Shown here one piece after another: positions 1 through 8,213 of a stretch of 41,126 nt of DNA. The stretch lies in contig JBJKYE010000038.1 in NCBI GenBank assembly GCA_045561195.1, positions 1-41,126 of the forward strand. Reading direction: 5' to 3'. The notes beneath the pieces are model-generated. The model searched no databases, was not told the DNA's origin, and saw only the letters and a program-made list of their open reading frames with translations. This DNA comes from Gammaproteobacteria bacterium. GTDB lineage: Bacteria > Pseudomonadota > Gammaproteobacteria > GCA-002705445 > GCA-002716945. Numbering within the stretch: position 1 is the first letter of the stretch; each line of letters opens with the position of its first letter. The translations under genes and the position numbers were made by a program.

Positions 1-114
1 TGTAAAAGCCAATTTTCAAAGGCTTTCCAATATTACGGATTTGAGTTAGATCAAATAATTAGCCTGCATAACCTTGTTGGTGATGCGCTTATAATGAATA
101 AAAAAGAGCTTTAG
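1..114 (+). CDS. dsrK: 3' end of DsrK (HdrD-like Fe-S subunit of DsrMKJOP), partial
   Basis: Frame 1 reads CKSQFSKAFQYYGFELDQIISLHNLVGDALIMNKKEL*, resembling the DsrK C-terminus. It lies directly upstream of dsrL, as in the dsrMKLJOPNR order of sulfur oxidizers. Confidence 0.8.
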   Translation, partial: CKSQFSKAFQYYGFELDQIISLHNLVGDALIMNKKEL

Positions 115-128
115 AGCTATTCCTGTTG

Positions 129-169
129 TGCTATAATTATCCAATATTAGATAAGCATAATAAGCTTAT
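129..169 (+). promoter_or_regulatory. Putative internal sigma70 promoter (extended -10) and inverted repeat upstream of dsrL
   Basis: TG-C-TATAAT at 129-137, then ATAAGC-N7-GCTTAT at 151-169, in the 76-bp dsrK-dsrL gap. Confidence 0.5.
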
Positions 170-190
170 ATTAAGTGTGAGATTAAAAAA

Positions 191-2164
191 ATGACGAAAA
201 TTGAACAAACTGTTAACTTAATGAAAGAAGAGAATACCTTCAAAAGATATCAAGAAGGAGATCACACTTATAAAGACTTTTCTAAGCAGATATTTAATGA
301 GGATAAGTCTCATAAATGCCCAACATATATCCATAAAACACCTCCATGCCAAGGTAGTTGCCCATCAGGTGAGGATATTAGAGGTTGGCTGCAAATTGTA
401 AGAGGCATTGAAAAAGCACCTGAAGGTTTGACAATGTCTGAATATGCATTCCGAAGATCTACAACAGCGAACCCGTTTCCGTCTCAAATGGGTCGGGTAT
501 GTCCAGCGCCGTGTCAAAGTGGTTGTAACAGAAATGAAGTTGATGACTATGTAGGGATAAATGCTGTAGAACAATTCATTGGTGACAAGGCTTTCAAAGA
601 AAACTACTCATTTGAAAAAGCTCCTAAATTAAATAAAGAAAGGGTAGCGATAATTGGTGGCGGCCCAGCAGGATTATCTGCTGCTTTTCAACTAAGAAAA
701 ATGGGCTATGCTTCAACGATTTTCGAGGAGAGAGAAGACCTCGGCGGCATGATGAGATATGGTATTCCGAATTATAGGACACCTAGAGATATATTAGATG
801 CCGAAATCAAAAGAATACTAGATCTAGGCGACATAGAGGTTGTGCTCAATAAAAGGGTCGGGAAAGATATACCAATGGATGAAGTGGAAAACTCTCATGA
901 TGCAGTTTTGTGGACTATAGGCTGTTGGAATGGCAAAGCTCTACCAATAGAAGGCAGTGATGCTGAGAACTGTCTAAGTGGGGTAGCTTTTTTAGAAGCT
1001 TTCTGTCAAGGCAGGCTTAAAGTTGGTTCAAAAAAAGTCGTATGTGTAGGTGGCGGTGATACGTCAATTGATGTTGTATCAGTCGCTAGAAGATTAGGTC
1101 ATATTTCAAACCTTAACCCACAAGAAACTCCAGAAGCAGTTGTTCATGGTTATGTAGCTCAAGATGTATCAGAATCTGCTGTTAAAGAAGGTGCTGAAGT
1201 TACTTTAACATCATTGTTCCAAAAAGAAGAAATGACTGCCGCAGAGCAAGAAGTAAATGATGCTATACATGAAGGCGTAACCATTATTAATGGTGTTATC
1301 CCTGTACGTGTGGAAAAAGATGAAAATAATAGAGCTGTAGCTCTAATAATATCTGAGTGTACATTTGAAGATAACAAGCCAGTCCCTGTTGAAGGCACAG
1401 AAAAACGAATAGAAGCTGACCTTATTGTTTCTGCAATTGGTCAGTCACCTGATATTGAAGGACTTGAAACATTAGGTAATGACCATGGTTTCTTTGATGT
1501 AGACGATTTTTATAGACATAAAACAAAAGAAGGACATTTTGTTGCAGGTGATATAGTTAGACCTCATCTACTCACAACTGCTATCGGACAGGGTTCAATT
1601 GCATCACAATCTATTAAAAGTTTTTTTGAAAATAAAGATTTCAAACGTAGACCTAAAGTTGATGTTCATCATTTTAATTTACTTGATAAATTACGTGAAA
1701 CAGAGCTAGAACCTGAAACTTATACTGCTCCTATTGAAAACCCAGATCTACAGAGAGGTACTGATAATAGTAAAGCTGTAATTCATAATTATGAAGATAG
1801 ATCAGCCCAAGAGGTCATTCCTTCTACTGAGCTTTTCCTTGGTCACTTTAAACATGAAGACAGAGTGAAAAGAGGCGAAGCTGTGCCTACAGGAGATGAG
1901 GTTATTGATCATTATGAAGATAGAATCATCGGATTGTCAGAGGAAGATGCAATAAAAGAGGCATCAAGATGTATGAGTTGTGGTATGTGTTTTGAATGTG
2001 ACAACTGTGTAATATATTGCCCTCAAGATGCTGTATTTAGGGTTAAAAAAGATGTTGCTACAATGGGTAGATATGTAGATACTGATTACGACAAGTGTAT
2101 AGGGTGCCATATTTGTGCTGATGTGTGTCCTACAGGCTATATCAAAATGGGCTTAGGCGAATAG
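191..2164 (+). CDS. dsrL: DsrL, iron-sulfur flavoprotein NAD(P)H oxidoreductase (DsrL-1 type)
   Basis: N-terminal Fe-S (CQGSCP, CPAPCQSGC), FAD motif IIGGGPAG, second motif VGGGDTSID and C-terminal ferredoxin (CMSCGMCFECDNC, CIGCHICADVCP). TSLF sits where DsrL-2 has YRR. dsr context. Confidence 0.95.
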   Translation: MTKIEQTVNLMKEENTFKRYQEGDHTYKDFSKQIFNEDKSHKCPTYIHKTPPCQGSCPSGEDIRGWLQIVRGIEKAPEGLTMSEYAFRRSTTANPFPSQMGRVCPAPCQSGCNRNEVDDYVGINAVEQFIGDKAFKENYSFEKAPKLNKERVAIIGGGPAGLSAAFQLRKMGYASTIFEEREDLGGMMRYGIPNYRTPRDILDAEIKRILDLGDIEVVLNKRVGKDIPMDEVENSHDAVLWTIGCWNGKALPIEGSDAENCLSGVAFLEAFCQGRLKVGSKKVVCVGGGDTSIDVVSVARRLGHISNLNPQETPEAVVHGYVAQDVSESAVKEGAEVTLTSLFQKEEMTAAEQEVNDAIHEGVTIINGVIPVRVEKDENNRAVALIISECTFEDNKPVPVEGTEKRIEADLIVSAIGQSPDIEGLETLGNDHGFFDVDDFYRHKTKEGHFVAGDIVRPHLLTTAIGQGSIASQSIKSFFENKDFKRRPKVDVHHFNLLDKLRETELEPETYTAPIENPDLQRGTDNSKAVIHNYEDRSAQEVIPSTELFLGHFKHEDRVKRGEAVPTGDEVIDHYEDRIIGLSEEDAIKEASRCMSCGMCFECDNCVIYCPQDAVFRVKKDVATMGRYVDTDYDKCIGCHICADVCPTGYIKMGLGE

Positions 2165-2204
2165 TCACAAGTTTTATTCGGTAACAAATTTTGGAGAGAG
2201 ATTA

Positions 2205-2690
2205 GTGTACCAACTTATTAGAAGCCTGCCTTTTATGCTACTAGCGTTGTATTCAAATAATTTGTATTCTCATGATGGTGAAAAACATATTATCAAAGGA
2301 CACTCTAAAGCGGATAAGTTAGAGCAATGTGTTGAACCTACTGAAGATATGCAAAAAAGTCATTTTGGCTATCTATACCATCAACGAGACGAAACCGTAA
2401 AACATGGAATCCGAACAAAAGAACATAGTTTAGCTAACTGCATAGATTGCCATGTTTCATACGATGATAAGGGTGATGCTATTTCTATAAATTCTGAAGG
2501 ACAGTTCTGTCAAACTTGTCATGTCCAAACTGCTGTTAACATAGATTGTTTTACTTGCCATGCAACAGTACCAAGAGAAAAACAAGCCAGACTAGACATA
2601 AAACATAATCATCATTCAGCAGCGACTATTGAAGAGCATACTTCTAGTCTAGTAAAATACTTTAATGAGGCAAATGATGACCGATACTAA
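2205..2690 (+). CDS. dsrJ: DsrJ, periplasmic triheme cytochrome c
   Basis: Three CxxCH motifs (CIDCH, CQTCH, CFTCH), signal peptide, HQRDETVKHGIR segment, GTG start after a GGAGAG RBS, located between dsrL and dsrO. Confidence 0.92.
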   Translation: MYQLIRSLPFMLLALYSNNLYSHDGEKHIIKGHSKADKLEQCVEPTEDMQKSHFGYLYHQRDETVKHGIRTKEHSLANCIDCHVSYDDKGDAISINSEGQFCQTCHVQTAVNIDCFTCHATVPREKQARLDIKHNHHSAATIEEHTSSLVKYFNEANDDRY

Positions 2691-3423
2691 GATTACAAAT
2701 AGACGAGATTTTTTAGTGAAATCAGTTACAGCATTATCAATCATATATGTGGTACCCGATATATTTCCTATGGCTGATGCCTCTATAAAAAAACCTTTTG
2801 ATAAAAAAGTTAACGCATCTACTAAATGGGGAATGAATGTGGAGGTTGATAAATGTGTCGATGGTTGCACTGCTTGTGTAGAAGCATGTATTGATGAAAA
2901 TGGACTATATGGTTTAGATAGACCAGAAACAGACTCACAGTGGATCAGAAAACTAGTTATCAAAGATATTGCTTCAGATAAGGTAACTACATTGCCCATG
3001 ATGTGTCAGCATTGTGAAAATCCACCTTGTTGCGATGTATGTCCAACAGGAGCCTCTTTTCGTAGAGAGGATGGGATTGTAATGGTTAACCAGCATACTT
3101 GTATAGGATGTAGGTATTGCATGATGGCTTGTCCATTTAAGGCCAGGTCTTTTGTCCATGAAAACCTAACACAGCAATTAACGTCAGCTCCGAGAGGCAA
3201 GGGTTGTGTTGAAAGTTGTAATCTTTGTGTAAATAGAATTGATCATGGTTCTGAGACTACGGCATGTGAGGAAGCTTGCATGAAAGAAGGTCATACAGCT
3301 ATTAGTTTTGGAGACCTTACAGATCCGAATAGCAGAGTAAGTAAATCGATCAAACGAACAAATAATAGACGTTTGAGAGCAGACTTAAAACTAAAACAAA
3401 ATGTGACATATTCAGGGTTTTAA
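2674..3423 (+). CDS. dsrO: DsrO, periplasmic 4Fe-4S protein (NrfC family)
   Basis: Tat motif NRRDFL and multiple ferredoxin motifs (CQHCENPPCCDVCP, CIGCRYCMMACP). Start moved to the ATG at 2674/2677 after a GAGG RBS. Confidence 0.92.
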   Translation: MMTDTKITNRRDFLVKSVTALSIIYVVPDIFPMADASIKKPFDKKVNASTKWGMNVEVDKCVDGCTACVEACIDENGLYGLDRPETDSQWIRKLVIKDIASDKVTTLPMMCQHCENPPCCDVCPTGASFRREDGIVMVNQHTCIGCRYCMMACPFKARSFVHENLTQQLTSAPRGKGCVESCNLCVNRIDHGSETTACEEACMKEGHTAISFGDLTDPNSRVSKSIKRTNNRRLRADLKLKQNVTYSGF

Positions 3424-4650
3424 ATGATCGATAAAATCATACTCACAAAATATATTATATCCCCCAAAGTATTTTGGTCTAAATTTATATTACTAGGATT
3501 TTTTATCTTAGTTGGTTTTGCTTGCTCATTGTATATGGAACACGAAGGCCACTATGTGACTGGAATGAACAATCAAATTGTATGGGGATTGCCTCATATT
3601 TTTGCGGTGTTGTTAATAGTAATAGCCTCAGGTGTATTAAACATAGCGTCAATATCATCAGTCTTTGACAAAAAACTATATAAACCTCTTGCGCCATTAT
3701 CTGCACTTCTAGCGATTGCTTTCCTTATAGCTGGTTTGATTATATTGGTACTTGATTTAGGAAAGCCAGATAGATTAATTGTAGCCATGACAACATATAA
3801 TTTTAAATCTATTTTTGCTTGGAACATATTTCTTTATTCAGGATTTGCAGTAGTTTTAGCTGCATATATTTGGACTATGCTAGATAGAGAGGTGAATAGA
3901 TTTTCTAAATATGTCGGAACATTCGCATTCGGATGGAGGATTATATTAACAACTGGTACAGGATCAATATTTGGTTTTTTAGTAGCCAGAGAAGCTTATG
4001 CAACAGCTATTCTTGCTCCATTATTTATAGTGATGTCATTGTTGTATGGAACAGCAGTATATTTTCTTATACTTAAAACTATTAGTAAATTTCATAAAAC
4101 ATACATATCTAACGATATATTAATGAATCTAAGAAGATTAACTGTCATGTTTTTATTTGCTAATCTTTACTTTTTATTCCTTTATCATATTACGAATATG
4201 TATATAGCAAAACATGTAGAATATGAAATATTTATCTTGTCTAATGGCGGCATATACACATTTGCCTTTTGGCTTGGACAACTACTAATTGGAATAATAC
4301 TTCCTATTATTGTAATTAACTCTAAGAAGCTATGTAATGAACTATCACTAATTATTTCATCTATATTAATTCTGATAGGTAGCTTTGTTGCGATGTATGT
4401 CATTATTATCGGTGGACAAGCGTACCCACTAACTATATTCCCAGATCATATTATTATAGAAAGTAGCTTCTATGATAATGTTATTCATTCCTATGTACCT
4501 TCTTTGTATGAATTTGGCTTAGGCCTGGGTGGTGTCGCACTTGCATTGATTATAGTATTAATAGGTATAGCAAACTTCAAATTCCTGCCAACTCTCATCA
4601 AGTCACCTAAAAAGAATTTGTCGGATGAACAAGAAAATACTGCTGGTTAG
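3424..4650 (+). CDS. dsrP: DsrP, NrfD/PsrC-family integral membrane protein
   Basis: Polytopic membrane protein with TGMNNQIVWGL and LDLGKPDR NrfD-family motifs; follows dsrO. Confidence 0.92.
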   Translation: MIDKIILTKYIISPKVFWSKFILLGFFILVGFACSLYMEHEGHYVTGMNNQIVWGLPHIFAVLLIVIASGVLNIASISSVFDKKLYKPLAPLSALLAIAFLIAGLIILVLDLGKPDRLIVAMTTYNFKSIFAWNIFLYSGFAVVLAAYIWTMLDREVNRFSKYVGTFAFGWRIILTTGTGSIFGFLVAREAYATAILAPLFIVMSLLYGTAVYFLILKTISKFHKTYISNDILMNLRRLTVMFLFANLYFLFLYHITNMYIAKHVEYEIFILSNGGIYTFAFWLGQLLIGIILPIIVINSKKLCNELSLIISSILILIGSFVAMYVIIIGGQAYPLTIFPDHIIIESSFYDNVIHSYVPSLYEFGLGLGGVALALIIVLIGIANFKFLPTLIKSPKKNLSDEQENTAG

Positions 4651-4652
4651 TT

Positions 4653-6035
4653 TTGACTTCTTATCTTATAACATCAACACGCAAATCTTCTGGTAAAACA
4701 ACTATAACAATCGGATTGTCACGTATCTTGAATAGAATGAAGTATAATCTAGCAACTTTTAAAAAGGGACCAGATTATATTGATCCACTATGGATATCAA
4801 AAGCTAGCAAGACAAGTTGTTATAATTTAGATTTTAACACTATGTCTACTGCAGAAATTAAAAAGCTTTTTAAATTAAAAACACAGAATACTGCACTAAA
4901 TCTTATCGAGGGAAATAAGGGTCTTTTTGATGGTGTTAGTCTTGATGGATCAGATAGCAATGCTGCTATGGCGCATTTACTCAAGCTTGAAATTATACTA
5001 GTGATAGATTGCTCGGGTATTACGAGAGGTATCGCACCCTTGATAAACGGTTATAAGGATTTTGATCCTAAGATTAAATATAAGGGTATTATATTAAATA
5101 ATATTGCAAGTGATAGGCATGAAGGTAAAATTATTAATGCTATTGCCGAGTATAGTGATTTCAAAGTATTTGGGTCGATACAAAAAAACAATAAAATTGA
5201 AATATTGGAACAGCATTTAGGTTTACAACCATCATTTTTAACTTCTAGTAATAATAATATTATTAATAATATTGCTTCATTAGTTAAATCTTCTGTTGAT
5301 ATTAAACATTTAGTTAAAGGAGTTAGTAATAAAAAAAAATTATCAACTAAAACCCCTAATGTAATAACTAAAAAGTATGCTGGAATAAGTATTGGTGTTG
5401 CTAGAGATAATGCTTTTGGCTTTTACTATGCTGATGATATCGAAAAGTTTAAATCGTTAGGCGCACGAATTATTTATTTTAATACATTAAAAGACGAATC
5501 TTTGCCAAACGTAGATGCCTTATTTATTGGTGGAGGATTTCCAGAACTTGTTGCTAAAGAGCTGAGTTCTAATAAAAAAATGATCTCATCAATCAAGAAC
5601 TTCATTAATGCCAATAAACCTGTTTATGCAGAATGTGGAGGTTTAATGTATTTAGCTAAATCTATAAAAATAAATGATAAATCATTTAGAATGGTTGGTA
5701 TTATTAATGGTAGGGTAGTCATGCATGATAAACCTGTTGGAAGAGGCTATGTAGAACTTATTAAATCTTCTAGCCATCCATGGCTATTGTCTAATGATAG
5801 TATTAAAGCTCATGAGTTTCATTATTCAAGACTATCATTGGATGCTAAACTATCTAATTATACATACAAGGTTAAGAGAGGATATGGAGTCAATGGTAAA
5901 TATGATGGTATTAAATATAAAAATCTTCTAGCAACCTATAGTCATTTAAGGGATACTAAAAAAACAACATGGATTACAAACTTTTTAGAATTTATAAAAA
6001 ATAATAAAAAAAATGAAACAAAAAACAATATTTGA
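4653..6035 (+). CDS. dsrN: DsrN, siroheme amidase (cobyrinate a,c-diamide synthase family)
   Basis: KSSGKTT P-loop, FKKGPDYIDP, IEGNKGLFDG, glutaminase motifs AECGG and HEFHYS; TTG start; dsr context. Confidence 0.9.
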   Translation: MTSYLITSTRKSSGKTTITIGLSRILNRMKYNLATFKKGPDYIDPLWISKASKTSCYNLDFNTMSTAEIKKLFKLKTQNTALNLIEGNKGLFDGVSLDGSDSNAAMAHLLKLEIILVIDCSGITRGIAPLINGYKDFDPKIKYKGIILNNIASDRHEGKIINAIAEYSDFKVFGSIQKNNKIEILEQHLGLQPSFLTSSNNNIINNIASLVKSSVDIKHLVKGVSNKKKLSTKTPNVITKKYAGISIGVARDNAFGFYYADDIEKFKSLGARIIYFNTLKDESLPNVDALFIGGGFPELVAKELSSNKKMISSIKNFINANKPVYAECGGLMYLAKSIKINDKSFRMVGIINGRVVMHDKPVGRGYVELIKSSSHPWLLSNDSIKAHEFHYSRLSLDAKLSNYTYKVKRGYGVNGKYDGIKYKNLLATYSHLRDTKKTTWITNFLEFIKNNKKNETKNNI

Positions 6036-6369
6036 AATATCTGATGCTGCATCAAAACAGATACTAGCCTCTTCTGAATCATCAAGTTCTAAAGATTGGC
6101 CACTAAGAATTGCTGTTAATGTAGATGGTAATGGTAAATTTAATTACCTTATGGGCTTTGACCAATCAAAAGAAGAAGACTTGAGATTGAAAATTAATAA
6201 GGTTGAAATAATTATCGCTCCAGACTCAATGATTAATCTGAAAAACTGTAAACTTGATTACGTTGAGATTGATAAGGATAAGCATGAATTTATATTTTTA
6301 AATCCTAATGATCCAGCATATGTCCCACCCGATGATAGTCTCGATGAAAATGTAACACACGATCTATAA
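6013..6369 (+). CDS. dsrR: DsrR, IscA-like protein lacking the cluster-binding cysteines
   Basis: IscA/HesB fold motifs (LRIAV, YLMGFD, LDYVE, FIFLNPN) without the CxC tail, as known for DsrR; follows dsrN. Confidence 0.85.
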   Translation: MKQKTIFEISDAASKQILASSESSSSKDWPLRIAVNVDGNGKFNYLMGFDQSKEEDLRLKINKVEIIIAPDSMINLKNCKLDYVEIDKDKHEFIFLNPNDPAYVPPDDSLDENVTHDL

Positions 6370-7320
6370 GTTTCTTAATTCTTTGGGCATGCTAAATGTT
6401 ATATTTTCTTTAATTCCCTCTTTATTAATTTTATTCATTACAGCTCCTTTATCAATTAGATATTCTGTTACTTGATCTAATAATATTTGAGGCGCTGATG
6501 CACCAGCTGTTATACCAATAGTTTTCTTACCTTTCAATTTGATTAGATCGATATCATGATAACTATCAATTAATTTTGATGGGATCTTATTTTTTAAAGC
6601 TAATTCAACCAATCTTCTGCTATTTGAGCTATTAACTGAGCCAATTACAAGTAGATAATCGCAATATTTAAGTATTGATTTAACTGCATCTTGTCTATTC
6701 TGTGTAGCATAACATATATCACTTTTTGCAGGAGCCATGATATCAGGAAACTTTTTTATTAAATTCTTTATTATATCTTTTGTGTCGTCCATTGATAATG
6801 TTGTTTGAGTCACATAGGCAACCTTTGTATTATCAATATCAAGAGCAGATATATCTTGAACATTTTCAACTAAGTGTATTTTGCCAATCAGAGAATCATA
6901 TTGACCCATAGTACCTTCTATTTCAGGATGTCCTTTATGTCCAATCAATACAACATCAACTCCTTCTTTTGAGTATTTATGAACTTCTATATGCACTTTT
7001 GTCACTAGTGGGCAGGTTGCATCAAATATTTTTAGATTTCTATTCTTAGCATCATTTTTAACCTTAATGGAAACACCATGTGCACTATATATAATAGTTG
7101 AATTCATAGGTACATCGGTTATGTCTTCAATGAATATAACTCCTTTTTTTTCCAGGTCTTCTATAACATATTTATTATGAACCACTTCATGTTTTACATA
7201 TATTGGTGCCCCAAATACATCTATTGCTTTATTTACAATATCTACAGCTCTTTCAACTCCAGCGCAGAATCCGCGTGGCGTTGCAAGCATTAGCTTGGTG
7301 TTTGTGAAAAACTTATTCAT
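6364..7320 (-). CDS. ispH: 4-hydroxy-3-methylbut-2-enyl diphosphate reductase
   Basis: PRGFCAGV, DATCPLV, ICYATQNRQ, SSNS and TAGASAP motifs. Confidence 0.97.
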   Translation of the reverse strand: MNKFFTNTKLMLATPRGFCAGVERAVDIVNKAIDVFGAPIYVKHEVVHNKYVIEDLEKKGVIFIEDITDVPMNSTIIYSAHGVSIKVKNDAKNRNLKIFDATCPLVTKVHIEVHKYSKEGVDVVLIGHKGHPEIEGTMGQYDSLIGKIHLVENVQDISALDIDNTKVAYVTQTTLSMDDTKDIIKNLIKKFPDIMAPAKSDICYATQNRQDAVKSILKYCDYLLVIGSVNSSNSRRLVELALKNKIPSKLIDSYHDIDLIKLKGKKTIGITAGASAPQILLDQVTEYLIDKGAVMNKINKEGIKENITFSMPKELRNL

Positions 7321-7750
7321 ATACTTTGATAATTTTTACCTTAAATTTTATTTCTATTCCTGCTAACGGATGATTTAGGTCAAGAAGTACCTGATTACTC
7401 TTGATCTCCTTAATCATAGCAAATGAGGTTGCTTCTTCGCCATCATTTTCTTTTATATCCAGCTCTATTATATTTCCAACTTTTACCATTTCTTGATTAG
7501 GGAATAAGTCTTTAGGAACATATTTAGTCTTATTAACATCTTTTACTCCAAAGGCATCTAGTGGTGATAAGATTATAGTTTGTTCCTTATTATCTGATAA
7601 TCCATAAAGGGTCATCTCTAATTTTTGGGGTATTACTCCATTGCCGATAGTTATGTCTACCGGGTCTTTATCAAATGTAGACTCAAAAACTAAATCATCA
7701 ATACTAGATATAGAATAATGAAGTTTTACTTTTGAATTAAATTTAATCAT
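7313..7750 (-). CDS. fkpB: FKBP-type peptidyl-prolyl isomerase (SlpA/FkpB)
   Basis: VKLHY, FESTF, DAFG and LDLNHPLAG; conserved lspA-fkpB-ispH order. Confidence 0.85.
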   Translation of the reverse strand: MIKFNSKVKLHYSISSIDDLVFESTFDKDPVDITIGNGVIPQKLEMTLYGLSDNKEQTIILSPLDAFGVKDVNKTKYVPKDLFPNQEMVKVGNIIELDIKENDGEEATSFAMIKEIKSNQVLLDLNHPLAGIEIKFKVKIIKVYE

Positions 7751-8213
7751 TTTTCTTTATGAATAAAAAACTATATATTATTAATAAAGCACCAAAACTA
7801 ATTAGTATGTCTGCTACATTGAATACAGCAGGAAAATATATCTGATCATAATTTATAATTATAAAATCTAATACAGACCCATTCGATATTCTATCTATGA
7901 AGTTACCAAAAGCCCCGCCAAGAATTAACATATATCCAAATAATTCTAATTTTTCAAGAATATCAAAATCCCTCAAAAATAAATAAAATATAAATAATAT
8001 AATAGCGCCAATTATTATAGCTAGAATAGTATTAGCTAAGATGGATTCAGAGTTAAATATGCTAAATGCTATTCCTTTATTATATATAATCTCAAATGAG
8101 ATAAAGTCATTATATTTATATGATCCATTTTTAACATAATCCTGAATAAGTGATTTAGACAAGTAGTCAAAAAATGTTAAGAAAAATATAAATGTTAAGG
8201 CTAATAGTCTCAT
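7743..8213 (-). CDS. lspA: Lipoprotein signal peptidase II
   Basis: NKGIAFS, GGAFGNFIDR, VLDFI and FNVAD motifs. Confidence 0.95.
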   Translation of the reverse strand: MRLLALTFIFFLTFFDYLSKSLIQDYVKNGSYKYNDFISFEIIYNKGIAFSIFNSESILANTILAIIIGAIILFIFYLFLRDFDILEKLELFGYMLILGGAFGNFIDRISNGSVLDFIIINYDQIYFPAVFNVADILISFGALLIIYSFLFIKKND

